Positions 1 to 9,623 of a DNA stretch of 64,000 bases are shown here, piece by piece (the stretch's first letter is position 1; each line of letters opens with the position of its first letter). The notes under the pieces were generated by a model. The model was given only the letters and a program-made list of their open reading frames with translations. It was not told the origin of the DNA and searched no databases. Made by a program: the position numbers and the translations under genes. The stretch is from an uncultured Gammaproteobacteria bacterium (lineage in GTDB: Bacteria > Pseudomonadota > Gammaproteobacteria > JAURND01): the NCBI GenBank assembly GCA_963797335.1, contig CAWCOU010000006.1, positions 1,148,413 through 1,212,412 of the forward strand, read 5' to 3'.

Positions 1-385
1 AGATATTGATGATATTTTATCGCATAGCCTTGCGCTACCATAGAACCATAAGACGTCCCTAATAGGAAAATTTTCTCAAATCCAAAATGCTTTCTCACTG
101 CTTCGACATCTTCGATATACACTTGAATGCTGTATTCGATATTTTGACTGCAAGGACTACTTTTCCCGCAGCCACGAGGATCGATATACACTACATGTGC
201 GAACTCCTCAAAACCGCGAGAATGTCCTTTGTATCCAACATGATCAAAACCTGGGCCGCCTGGTAACAGTAACAGGATGGGCCTACCATCATCTAAGTTA
301 TCTGCATCTGTTATCTCGCAGTAAATCTTTGCAGTTTCAATTTTAGTGGCATTTATTATATGTGGTTGGGTGTATACAAACATAA
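1..385 (-). CDS. alpha/beta-fold hydrolase (proline iminopeptidase-like), N-terminal part; gene continues past window start
   Basis: Minus-strand translation from ATG at 385: MFVYTQPHI...LLLLPGGPGFDH...IDPRGCGKSS...GTSYGSMVAQGY. Shows the HGGPG-like oxyanion motif and the GxSxG nucleophile elbow. Not in the ORF track because it is truncated by the window edge. Confidence 0.6.
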
Positions 386-660
386 TGATTATCTGCAAAG
401 CCTCAACATTTTGATTCAGGTCGATGCATGTTAAAAATATTCGCTTTGGTAAAAAAAGCATATTGTCGAATAGCTTGAGTCATAATATCACTTTAAAGGT
501 TAAATGAACTCTTCTATTATATAACGGTAATTAGATAAGCGACAACGTCAATCCTTCTGATTTAGCCTTAAAATAGTCAAGCGCCACATAAGCTACTGAT
601 TGGTTTGCATTTCTCTGAAATGAGTACTAAGGGTAGTCAATGAACGATATGATGAACTAA

Positions 661-894
661 CTTCTTTTTCCTAATATTCCAAGTCTTCTCGTTGTCGGTG
701 ATACTGACCCAGTAGTTTCCCCCGAACTGTCCGCAAAACTTGTTGAACTCAATCAACGCTTGGAGGTTGTGCAGATCACCAAAGCTGGTCATGGGATTCA
801 CCATGATCATCCCAAGCATTTTTCAGGCGTTGTTCAAACTTTTTTGCGCGGGCAAACTGCACTCAAGCATTTGCCTACATTTAAATTTCAATGA
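661..894 (+). pseudogene. C-terminal remnant of an alpha/beta hydrolase (no start codon, no N-terminal domain)
   Basis: + frame after the TAA at 658-660 reads LLVVGDTDPVVSPELSAKLVELNQRLEVVQITKAGHGIHHDHPKHF, a typical hydrolase C-terminus with Asp/His catalytic residues. The upstream sequence is noncoding. The track ORF 637..819(-) is its antisense shadow. Confidence 0.5.
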
Positions 895-972
895 TTTATC
901 CTATAATTGACTTGTGTGTTATTGTGAACAAATTGTCTATTATAACCCAATTTCATAATAGGAGTAATCATT

Positions 973-1188
973 ATGAACAAAGATATTATTCACGGGAAAT
1001 GGAAAGAAATAAAAGGACAAATTAAACAACAGTGGGGTAAATTAACGGACGATGATATTTCAAAATTAAAAGGATCTTATGAGGAATTACATGGTTTAAT
1101 TCAAAAAAAATATGGATATGAACAAGACAAAACTGATAAACAAATTGAAGAATTTGTTAAAAAGAATAAATGGGACGAAAAGGAGTAA
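973..1188 (+). CDS. CsbD-family general stress protein
   Basis: 71 aa: HGKWKEIKGQIKQQWGKLTDDDI...LIQKKYG. This is the CsbD signature. Confidence 0.8.
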   Translation: MNKDIIHGKWKEIKGQIKQQWGKLTDDDISKLKGSYEELHGLIQKKYGYEQDKTDKQIEEFVKKNKWDEKE

Positions 1189-1800
1189 CGTAACTATTAT
1201 GCTCAAACTAAAAATGCTATTGATGCAGATGTTAAATTAAGGCGACGCACAAGAGATAATGATAGATAAGCCCATTTTAAAAATTCATTACATTTTTTTA
1301 TCTACTGGCTTGGAGGGAATTTAAATTTTATGTGATCAAGCCTGCAAGATAAAAATTGAGTACTACAAAATCCTGGCAATTAGACTTAATTTAATTGTCA
1401 GGATTCATTTTGGCCTACAATTATTATTCGTGATACTCATCAAGTAATAACCATTCCTGTTACTGTCATTAGCATTCCACAAAAGTCCAAATTAATAGAT
1501 TATTTATGGATTACTTTTATTGTTTAAATTCCATTTCTTAAAAAAATCTATGGCATGAAAGCCATGAAGACACGCACCCTCAAAAATTACTATGATATCT
1601 GCCTGTAATGAAGGATGCTTTTTTCACCTTGAAGCGGCTATCCTCTGTATTTTTATTTCTGTATACAAATTGAGCAAAGCCCCTTAAAATAGCTTCAGAT
1701 GCACTGTAATCTTGACAAATTTATAAAATATGCGCACACTCATCTTTGGTAGCATTAAATTATAGGTAAGTTAATTCTATTATACAATACGGAGGTTATT

Positions 1801-1881
1801 ATGGGATACTTAATCGGCTGGATTCTGGGTGTTCCTCTCAGCATTCTTCTTTTGATTTGGTTATTTGCACACTTATTATAA
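1801..1881 (+). CDS. 26-aa hydrophobic peptide (MGYLIGWILGVPLSILLLIWLFAHLL)
   Basis: GGAGG lies 7 nt upstream of the ATG. Single TM helix. Below the ORF-track size cutoff. Confidence 0.3.
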   Translation: MGYLIGWILGVPLSILLLIWLFAHLL

Positions 1882-1931
1882 AATTTGAAAATACCTTAAC
1901 TTGTCTTTACTTTTTAATTAAGGAGAATTAA

Positions 1932-2564
1932 ATGTTAGCTCAAGAAGAAGTTATTACTCAATCACCCCACTCTCGTAAATTTTGCACAAAAAAAATTTGT
2001 TGGAAATCGATTTTTGCAGGTGCTTTAGTTGGCTTTGGACTCACTTTTTTATTACAACTGTTTGATAAAGCGATTGGAATCACTATCTTCAGTGTTAATA
2101 CATCCGGTGCTGAGGCAATTGTTCTTGGTGGTTTCTTAGGAAGTATCGTTGGAATAATTGCTTCTATGTTCTTTTCAGGTTGGATTGCAAGCTATTTGTC
2201 ACGGTCCTATTTTTTTGATCGTCGTATCGGTGCTTTGTATGGCTTACTTGTTTGGTGCTTAACCTTATTGATTAGCCTGTTTTTTATGAACCATATGAGC
2301 TTTTCTTCTAATGAAACGCAAAATAATTCTGAGCGACCCTCTGAATCTATCGTAGGCATGAATACCATTCAAACTGCGGCAATTATCTCATCTCAGAGCA
2401 CAGAAAAACCAAATTCTAACTTGATTGGAAATAAACCCATTGAAAAAGAGGGGCTATCTTTATATTTAAGTTTTATTCTTTTTTTTCTTGGAGCAGTATC
2501 TGCCTGTTTTGGTGGCTATTTTGGATTAAAAGAAGAAAAAGAGAGAGATTTCATACCCAAATAA
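1932..2564 (+). CDS. hypothetical multi-pass membrane protein
   Basis: 210-aa ORF with several hydrophobic helices. RBS aaggag upstream. Confidence 0.55.
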   Translation: MLAQEEVITQSPHSRKFCTKKICWKSIFAGALVGFGLTFLLQLFDKAIGITIFSVNTSGAEAIVLGGFLGSIVGIIASMFFSGWIASYLSRSYFFDRRIGALYGLLVWCLTLLISLFFMNHMSFSSNETQNNSERPSESIVGMNTIQTAAIISSQSTEKPNSNLIGNKPIEKEGLSLYLSFILFFLGAVSACFGGYFGLKEEKERDFIPK

Positions 2565-2592
2565 TTTTTTCAACTACATAAGGAGATGTTCC

Positions 2593-3024
2593 ATGAAAAT
2601 TTGTAAAATTTTTGTAATGATGATTTTTGGATTAGGCTGTCTATCTGCTTTTGCGGATGATATGCCCGCTAAATCTTTACCAATGACGGAGATTATACAT
2701 AATTTAGAATCCAAAGGTTACACGGCTAAGGAGATTAAATTCGATGACAATATGTATAAGATTGATGCCGTAGATAAACAGGGAAAAGAAGTCGATGTCG
2801 AAATCAATCCAGAAACAGGCGCTCTTAATCAAACGACTAAAAATAACACCACCTTAACCTTACAAGCAGCGGCCAAAAAGGTCGAGTCCGCAGGTTATCA
2901 TTCCATATATTATATCAAAGCTGATGACAGCAAGTACGTTGTAAAAGCTTTAGATAAAGACGGTAACAAGGTTTCTCTCGATGTCGATGGCACTTCTGGC
3001 GCTATCTCCAAAAATCTATTTTAA
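2593..3024 (+). CDS. secreted PepSY-domain protein (two PepSY repeats)
   Basis: Signal peptide. Repeats YKIDAVDKQGKEVDVEINPETGAL and YVVKALDKDGNKVSLDVDGTSGAI. Confidence 0.7.
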   Translation: MKICKIFVMMIFGLGCLSAFADDMPAKSLPMTEIIHNLESKGYTAKEIKFDDNMYKIDAVDKQGKEVDVEINPETGALNQTTKNNTTLTLQAAAKKVESAGYHSIYYIKADDSKYVVKALDKDGNKVSLDVDGTSGAISKNLF

Positions 3025-3034
3025 GGACAATGGA

Positions 3035-3187
3035 ATGATAACCTTATTATTAATCATTTTAATTATATTAGCTATCGGAGCTTTTCCTGCGTGGCCGTAT
3101 AGTCGTGGCTGGGGATATTATCCCGTCGGTGGATTAGGTTTAATTGTTATTATATTAATTATTCTTCTGCTTCTGGGAAGGATTTAG
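3035..3187 (+). CDS. DUF3309-like small membrane protein
   Basis: MITLLLIILIILAIGAFPAWPYSRGWGYYPVGGLGLIVIILIILLLLGRI. The ATG at 3035 follows GGA. The track gives a longer 2981 start. Confidence 0.6.
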   Translation: MITLLLIILIILAIGAFPAWPYSRGWGYYPVGGLGLIVIILIILLLLGRI

Positions 3188-3264
3188 CTTTATTCGTCAA
3201 ATAATCTGGACATTAGCAAACTAGCAAACACATACATCATTTAATCAGCACATGTATGTGTTTG

Positions 3265-4629
3265 CTAACCAAGCTGTTGCACGTATTCTTCCATCATCTT
3301 TTCTGGCTTACTCAGAGTAACCAATGCAGCGGAATTATGGCATAGATTTTGAGCGAGTATTTTTGTGATTTCCCCAACATCGAGGCCTTGGAAAAAAATC
3401 GAGGGGTTGGTTTCTCGAATGAATAATTTGTTCATATACATGATCGTGCGTGAAGAACATGGTCCAACAAAGGTATGAGAAGGCGCGTCTTGATTAGCCG
3501 CTGAAAAACCTTTTTGACTCGAATCATATCCGTAAATGCGCGCAGGGGTCGCTCCAAAAATGCCAATCACTGATGTTTTATTGCGTAGCGGTGTCCCATC
3601 ATGCGTATATTTTCGTGCCGCAGCAATATGCAAAGGTCCCGTATCCCCGGTAATGAAAACATCGCAAGCATCGACAATCGCACAGTAAGTTTCTAAAGCG
3701 ACGGTTTTGGGGACGACGGTAATTTTTTTGCGGGCATGGTCGGAAACACAGGCAAGAATTTTTTCCTCGATTCCTTTCTCGCTGTGCCCAGCACCGAGCA
3801 AAAGGTCAGCGCTTTCGTGAGCAAGTGAATTAAGAATGGCGACTTGTAGATCAATTGGCATGCGGGTAAACTGCGAGGTGGTGTCTGGGTTGATTAAAAT
3901 TTTGGGTCGCGAGGGATTTAAATGATGATCTTCAAAAAATTTCTGTGCATCTGAAACCGCGAAAGGATTGAGGAAAATTGTTGCCCCTTCGAGTGCAACC
4001 CTCTTGGAATCTACCCCAGGGCCAAAGAGCTCAAAAATAATATCGTGCATTGCCGACACTATATTCGGCGAAGATTTTTTATATCGATCCAAAAGTAAAA
4101 TCGCAAGGCACGAAGGCCCAAGGACAGCAACGGATTTTGAAACACCTAATTTCTTGCGGGAAAGAAAAGGGCAGAAATTCACAATTACATCGTAATCTCC
4201 ACTCCGAATAACCTCACGCACACGTTCGCAATCTTCCGCACTTGGATACGGGACTGTCGTAAAAATACCGTAAACGTGATCAATGAAAAAATTTTCCTTG
4301 GTCAGCCGTGAAGATTGTACGCTAGCAATAACATCGATGCGTGCATCCGGAAATCGTTTTCTTACACCCAATGCGGTTGCAGTATTGAAAATAGCATCGC
4401 CTAAATTTACATCAGATATGATACAAACACGGCTTGGGGAAGAAAAATTTTTTAATGCTCTTTTGCTCTTTAATTCCACTAGAAACCTAACGATATAATT
4501 TTCTGCGAGCCCAAGAATAATCGCATCAAGTAATTTTCCGCCCCGCTTAGGAAACACGCGAACAATAACGTAAACAGCCGAGTATAATACTTTCCATCCG
4601 TGTCTATTTTTCATGTTATCCCAGTCCAT
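3265..4629 (-). CDS. GT9-family glycosyltransferase (heptosyltransferase-like)
   Basis: 454 aa. Contains FITGDTGPLHIAAA, the GT9 ADP-heptose transferase motif. Confidence 0.6.
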   Translation of the reverse strand: MDWDNMKNRHGWKVLYSAVYVIVRVFPKRGGKLLDAIILGLAENYIVRFLVELKSKRALKNFSSPSRVCIISDVNLGDAIFNTATALGVRKRFPDARIDVIASVQSSRLTKENFFIDHVYGIFTTVPYPSAEDCERVREVIRSGDYDVIVNFCPFLSRKKLGVSKSVAVLGPSCLAILLLDRYKKSSPNIVSAMHDIIFELFGPGVDSKRVALEGATIFLNPFAVSDAQKFFEDHHLNPSRPKILINPDTTSQFTRMPIDLQVAILNSLAHESADLLLGAGHSEKGIEEKILACVSDHARKKITVVPKTVALETYCAIVDACDVFITGDTGPLHIAAARKYTHDGTPLRNKTSVIGIFGATPARIYGYDSSQKGFSAANQDAPSHTFVGPCSSRTIMYMNKLFIRETNPSIFFQGLDVGEITKILAQNLCHNSAALVTLSKPEKMMEEYVQQLG

Positions 4630-5221
4630 TCTTATGCGAAATGGATGCCGTTATTCTTTGATAAGCAAAAACAAGAATAGCAATCAAAGGTACGACGGCA
4701 AACAAAATATACTGCCCCATTGAAATTGCTCCGCTAAATTTTTCATAAGCACGGCCAGCGAAAAATCCAATAAGGGCAAAAACGACCAATTTGGGAATGG
4801 TGATCAGAAGTGATACTTGAATGAATCTTATAAATGGCACGCGCATCATGCCGACCGTGATTAATCCGGGAACAGGAATCAGAGGCGACAGCTTGATAAC
4901 AATCATCGCCTTGCCTGTGTGATTGAGCAGCAGCCTCTTAATCTTTTCGATACGTTCTCGTGTAAGGCCAATAGATTTCCCGTAGCGATCGGCAAAGCGC
5001 GACCCGCCATAATAACCGAGCGCGTAACACACGACATCAGCCGAAACATCTCCTGCAATCGAAATTAGAATAACCAGCGGAAGTGAAAAATAGCCAAACG
5101 ACGCTGCAACGCCAGCTGCGGACGTAACCACAGGGCCTTCAAAAAACGTCGCGAGGAAAAACAAAAAATAACCGTGTGTCAAAATCCATTGAACAAGTGA
5201 ACCAAACGTTGAAGTTTCCAT
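4616..5221 (-). CDS. DedA/SNARE-associated family membrane protein
   Basis: 201 aa: FFEGPVVTSAAGVAASFG...YGGSRFADRYGK. DedA signature. Confidence 0.7.
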   Translation of the reverse strand: METSTFGSLVQWILTHGYFLFFLATFFEGPVVTSAAGVAASFGYFSLPLVILISIAGDVSADVVCYALGYYGGSRFADRYGKSIGLTRERIEKIKRLLLNHTGKAMIVIKLSPLIPVPGLITVGMMRVPFIRFIQVSLLITIPKLVVFALIGFFAGRAYEKFSGAISMGQYILFAVVPLIAILVFAYQRITASISHKNGLG

Positions 5222-5972
5222 GCTGGATTACCGTGTAACTTTTTCCCGATTAATGAACTCAGTAATCATCTCGCTTCTTTTTGATATTTTTACAAGTATG
5301 TTGCCGGACTAGGAGTCGACCCTAGTACCAGGCGCCCAAACCTTGTGTCTTGCCTAGACGATCTGGCAATAAGTTGCTACGTAAAGCGAAAAATGCACTA
5401 ACAGTTTGCGTGAGAAAATGACAAAAATCAAGGCCTTTATTTCAGCCTACCCGTTTGTTTTCTCGTATGTCTTTGAGAATAGCTGCATGAGGTGAATTAT
5501 TATTTACTATTTTTTAATAAAATTTTGTGCTAAGCAAATTTGTTTGGATACACACCACTTAATAATAACCAGGTCTGATTTCATTGATTATATTCCAAGT
5601 TTTGCCAGTAGCCATGCCCGTATATCTAATTTACGGTATTGATTTTTGATTATGAATCTCGCTCTAAACCATTGATTGATATTTGTGGACAAATGGCTAT
5701 TGTAGATGGTGGAAATAAATACCTTAAGCCAAAAAAATGTTGGGCTAATGTTCTTCAATGATGAACCCGACAAGTTTTTCCGCATGCACAAATTGATGTG
5801 TTCTATTTTCCCGATGATGAGGACGGAAGTATTATCACCTAGGCGCATTCGCAGGCTCTGGACATTTAATGTTCAGTTAACTTTAATTAATTATTATTCG
5901 GATGTTGATATTAGGCGCATTGCAGGACATCTATTGCCAAGTCATACCCTGAATGCATTTTAGATATTTAAT

Positions 5973-6458
5973 TTGAGTATTCTGATGGGTACAGACGAAA
6001 AGTCAATTCAAATACCAGGGTCATCTCCTCCTAAGCCAGTCGAAAATTCCAGCCACAGCCTAGATGAGATGAGTTTCGAGCCTATAATTTCAACCCCGAA
6101 CCCACTGTTCGAGTTAGAATCAGATTGCTCTCTGGCCTCCACTCCGCTCGCTGATCAAGACTCACTATTTGACATTAATCCCCTTTCACCATTGCCATCA
6201 TCAAGTTTATCTCAGGCGTCCACTCCACTACCTGGGGTGAAATCTGGAATTAGCAATCGAAAAAGGGTTATTGCCAGTGAAGTAATCGATTTAGATCCTC
6301 CTCATAAAAGATTATCACCAAAAACTGGAGCTGTATCTCGTGTTTCCAGCACTGGACAGCATCAAGGACTTAGTCAACTAGAATACAGTGATTTAATAAC
6401 ATTGGGCTCTAAAATCCCTATGAGTTTTCAAGAGCTTACTAGAACCCACGTCTATTAG
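5973..6458 (+). CDS. Ser/Pro/Leu-rich intrinsically disordered protein (eukaryote-like; effector candidate)
   Basis: 161 aa low-complexity SPxxP-rich sequence. Lies in an AT-rich block. No known domain recognised. Confidence 0.4.
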   Translation: MSILMGTDEKSIQIPGSSPPKPVENSSHSLDEMSFEPIISTPNPLFELESDCSLASTPLADQDSLFDINPLSPLPSSSLSQASTPLPGVKSGISNRKRVIASEVIDLDPPHKRLSPKTGAVSRVSSTGQHQGLSQLEYSDLITLGSKIPMSFQELTRTHVY

Positions 6459-6711
6459 GCATTATCTATGCCTAACTATTGGATATAGGGCAGAGAAGTC
6501 CATAGGCGCCATTAAATGCTTAAAAGAAGACCAATCGTTGATACCTTGGCTCGCAGAAAAATATGATTACTTGGCTTCATAAAGCTTCAGCAAGCCTGCT
6601 TCTTTCATTATGAGCCTAGGCTTGTTGTGGAGCTTCGGTTGAATTACTACATGCTTGCCTTGCTTTTGAATGGTAGCTAATTTTGAACTAGCCCTCGAAT
6701 TTCTAATAGAT

Positions 6712-6747
6712 GAGGCCCATGTGGAGGCCCAAGTCGAGGCCCAAGTG
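6712..6747. promoter_or_regulatory. three tandem 12-bp iterons GAGGCCCA(a/t)GT(g/c) ~95 bp upstream of parA: candidate centromere/operator
   Basis: gaggcccatgtg / gaggcccaagtc / gaggcccaagtg read directly. Confidence 0.45.
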
Positions 6748-6839
6748 CTGCATTTATATTAGGCTCGAAGGGCAGTAGCACCCAATAAAGTAACCGTGTA
6801 AAATACTCCCTTATAAAAGACTGCGGGAGACCAAAAATC

Positions 6840-7877
6840 GTGAACTCAAAATATTTGATATGGAATAATAAAGGTGGCGTTGGGAAAACATTTTTGACCT
6901 ACATGTTGTCCGTTGAATATGCATTAACACACCCAGAGGTTGATGTTGTTGTCCTTGATGTTTGCCCTCAATCCAATGTGTCAGAAATGATCCTTGGTGG
7001 GAATGGCAGAGGTGAAGAAAATCTGGCTCGATTGCGAGAAGCCAACCGGACAATTGCTGGATATGTTAAAGAACGTTATGAACGATCGCGTTCGGCAAAA
7101 TTGGGTAATGAAAGCGGATTTTTTGTTGAAACGTCTAGCTATAACAGCAATATGCCAAAAAATTTATATCTTCTACCGGGTGATGTTGATCTGGATATCT
7201 GTTCTGCCATAATTAACTACTTGGGATCGGCGCCAGAGCGAGGAGCATGGAAAAAAAGCAGGTTGCTACTCAATGACCTTGTAGAGTCTTTCGAAACCAG
7301 AAAAGATGCGGACAATAGAAAGCAAATTTTTTTCATTGATTGCAATCCAAGTTTTGCCAATTACACTGAGATGGCTGTTCTAGCATCAAACCGTGTGATT
7401 GTTCCATGTACCGCCGATGCTGCTTCCGTGCGAGGTATAATAAACCTTTTTAAATTAATTTATGGAATCTCTGTTGAAGAAAATAATAAATTAGAAGACA
7501 ATTTGTTCATGGCTTTTAATGAACATAGTAAAGATAATGCTTTATTATTGCCACTTGTACAGCTTTTTGTGCTTAACCGATCAAGAACAAGTGTGAGGGA
7601 TGCAGCCAAGGCATTTAAATCTCATGTTGATAAAATTCGAGGGTTAGCAGACTCTGTAAAGCGTAATCATCCAAGTGTTTTTACGGCGACAAAAGGTGAA
7701 ATGGTTTTAAATGTTAAGGATGGCAATACGCTTGCTTCTATTGTTAATCATGAAGGTCAGGCGCTGAGCAAACTACAACAAAAGAAATACACTATTTATG
7801 AGCAAGAAACTCAGGCCAATAATTCGCAAATAAAGCCGTTGCTTGAAGATTTAAGAGCAATTATTGCCCAATTGTAG
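6840..7877 (+). CDS. parA: ParA/Soj-family partition ATPase
   Basis: Deviant Walker A NNKGGVGKT at the N-terminus, and IDCNPS. GTG start. 345 aa. Confidence 0.8.
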   Translation: MNSKYLIWNNKGGVGKTFLTYMLSVEYALTHPEVDVVVLDVCPQSNVSEMILGGNGRGEENLARLREANRTIAGYVKERYERSRSAKLGNESGFFVETSSYNSNMPKNLYLLPGDVDLDICSAIINYLGSAPERGAWKKSRLLLNDLVESFETRKDADNRKQIFFIDCNPSFANYTEMAVLASNRVIVPCTADAASVRGIINLFKLIYGISVEENNKLEDNLFMAFNEHSKDNALLLPLVQLFVLNRSRTSVRDAAKAFKSHVDKIRGLADSVKRNHPSVFTATKGEMVLNVKDGNTLASIVNHEGQALSKLQQKKYTIYEQETQANNSQIKPLLEDLRAIIAQL

Positions 7878-7936
7878 GTTACCTCTATATCCGCTGCCCA
7901 TAAAATAGGAAAGATTCAAAGCTGGAGGGCTCTCAT

Positions 7937-8365
7937 TTGAAAGTCAATTCGCGTAAAATCAAATCAGAAACTTTGAAAATAATTGAGTTAATTCAAACTA
8001 TTCCTGGTAATAAAATATTAACTCTTGCTGGGAGAACGATTTTCAAAATCGATGTTGATGAGACGGGGAAATTTGGATACGCAAAAGAACATTTGTTGGA
8101 CTTTAAGGTAAAGCTAACAAATGCCTTACGGGAAGGTGGCGGCTTGATTATTCGACAATTTCTAAATGTAAAATTTGAGCATAAGACTCAAAACGGAAAG
8201 CTAATCTGGATTCCAGCTAAGAAAATTTATGGTTTATTTCTAGGTAATAATAGCTTCCGGCTACTTTCAGCGCAGCAAGTGCAAGAAATGTTTCCCATCG
8301 ATTATCAAACAGGTCAACATATTGAAAGTGAACCTGGAATAATATTTTCGACTTTACCCCTGTAA
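7937..8365 (+). CDS. hypothetical protein
   Basis: 142-aa ORF with TTG start, downstream of parA. No recognisable domain. Could be a partition partner, but there is no ParB motif. Confidence 0.35.
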   Translation: MKVNSRKIKSETLKIIELIQTIPGNKILTLAGRTIFKIDVDETGKFGYAKEHLLDFKVKLTNALREGGGLIIRQFLNVKFEHKTQNGKLIWIPAKKIYGLFLGNNSFRLLSAQQVQEMFPIDYQTGQHIESEPGIIFSTLPL

Positions 8366-8369
8366 ATAA

Positions 8370-8430
8370 GTGGGCTGGGGTCACATCTGGATTTGTTCCT
8401 TTTGATGGCACGAATCCAGATTTGACCCCG
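8370..8430. repeat. 60-nt hairpin element (17-bp stem GGGGTCAcATCTGGATT / AATCCAGATtTGACCCC); copy 1 of a dispersed ~40-nt repeat
   Basis: Shares TGGGCTGGGG..CTGGATTT.TTCC(C)TTTTGATGG with 9322..9365. Confidence 0.5.
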
Positions 8431-8482
8431 AATGACTTGATAATTAATTGTTGGTGTAAAAATAAAGGGGGTTGGCCCAAAT

Positions 8483-9265
8483 ATGCGAAAAAAACTACAG
8501 CATGAGGAAAGTTTTTCGCGGTTATATGAACTATTTTTTAGATATTGTCAAAAAATAAACCTGTATTCATGGTGTGAGGATGGTGCAATTAGACGAGCTG
8601 CTAATCAAGCTTACATAAATAGTTTATTTGATTTACCCGGAGAAAAAAAAATTCATATTCCCATGACAATTGAGCAAATATTTCATTTTAACTTTCGAAA
8701 GAAAATGCACGATCTCTTTTGGTTCTTGCAAAAGCTTCAGATTTCCATTAGATTTTTAAAAAATTTTCCTTCAGGCCGTAAGTTTGTCGAAAAAAGTGAA
8801 TACATTAAATATCATATCGAATTTTTTCTTCATAACTTATATGCCGTTGAAGAACGACTTAGTGAATTATATGCCAAAATATACAAAAAAACTGCCATCT
8901 ACGAAGCCAAGGTAGATAAAAATATTAGAAATAAAGTTAACAAATTTTTTAAAAAGAATACTCCTATGAATTATAGGCATGATTTGGTTCATGAGTTCTA
9001 TTCCTATGATACAGAAAAATTAGGTCAGCTCAGTGACCTTGAGATTCAACTTTTAACTGAAAATAAAGAAGTGAGGGAAATATTTAGAGAAGAGGTTCAG
9101 ATCGTAATACCTGAAATAAGAGAAGATCAAGTAAAATATCTTGACAAAATACTTACAGATTTAATAAATTTCATTACCAAGTCTATCTTCGAAAGCAATA
9201 CATTCTTTGATGCTGAAGGAAACTTACAGATTCCAAAATTCGCGCCACTGACTACTGAGACCTAA
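8483..9265 (+). CDS. hypothetical protein bracketed by direct hairpin repeats; has an Rx4H (RHDLVH) HEPN-like motif
   Basis: 260-aa ORF. Motif NYRHDLVHE. No other domain recognised. Confidence 0.45.
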   Translation: MRKKLQHEESFSRLYELFFRYCQKINLYSWCEDGAIRRAANQAYINSLFDLPGEKKIHIPMTIEQIFHFNFRKKMHDLFWFLQKLQISIRFLKNFPSGRKFVEKSEYIKYHIEFFLHNLYAVEERLSELYAKIYKKTAIYEAKVDKNIRNKVNKFFKKNTPMNYRHDLVHEFYSYDTEKLGQLSDLEIQLLTENKEVREIFREEVQIVIPEIREDQVKYLDKILTDLINFITKSIFESNTFFDAEGNLQIPKFAPLTTET

Positions 9266-9321
9266 ATATACCTTTATAATTAGTGGAATGGCGACAAGAT
9301 CCGGCTTTCACCCAAACACAA

Positions 9322-9365
9322 TGGGCTGGGGGGTAAACCTGGATTTATTCCCTTTTGATGGAAAG
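9322..9365. repeat. copy 2 of the ~40-nt repeat (TGGGCTGGGGGGTAAACCTGGATTTATTCCCTTTTGATGG)
   Basis: Direct-orientation match to 8377..8416, just before the att core. Confidence 0.45.
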
Positions 9366-9435
9366 CCCGGAAATTATACAAAACATTGAGTTGAGAAAGT
9401 GCTCAGATCGCACTTATGTAAGTCTATGATTTTAC

Positions 9436-9480
9436 TGGTGGGCCGTCCGCGACTCGAACGCGGGACCAACGGATTAAAAG
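9436..9480 (-). other. 45-nt 3' portion of tRNA-Lys(UUU) (anticodon loop to CCA) lacking the 5' half: att core of the integrative element
   Basis: The reverse complement reads CTTTTAATCCGTTGGTCCCGCGTTCGAGTCGCGGACGGCCCACCA. That gives anticodon UUU, T-arm CCGCG-TTCGAGT-CGCGG and acceptor 3' strand+ACCA. No complementary 5' acceptor, D-arm or 5' anticodon-stem strand is present. Confidence 0.6.
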
Positions 9481-9623
9481 TCTCGCAACCCATCATTTTA
9501 TCTATATTGGTAATCTATAATTAATGTTGATTTTTCAATATGTTATCTGTAATATGCCTCTCATCAACTTAGACGAAATTTGATCAAATTTGACCTATTT
9601 AGTAGCAACCCAGTAGCACCATC

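Noticed and set aside
637-819. Track ORF of 60 aa on the minus strand
   Set aside because: It is antisense to the clearly recognisable + strand hydrolase C-terminal remnant (661..894). It has no RBS or homology.
5300-5420. Hairpin-rich segment (CTAGGAGTCGACCCTAG...) upstream of dedA considered as tRNA/tmRNA/sRNA
   Set aside because: No cloverleaf or tmRNA-like acceptor/T-arm could be built. Left unannotated.
5588-5963. Two mutually overlapping ORFs (5588..5848 minus, 5706..5963 plus) in the AT-rich block
   Set aside because: They overlap on opposite strands. AT-rich composition gives long random ORFs. There is no RBS and the sequences are low-complexity. Probably noncoding.
6712-6747. Tandem GAGGCCCA repeats as a CRISPR array
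   Set aside because: Only three 12-bp units with no spacers. No cas genes anywhere in the window.
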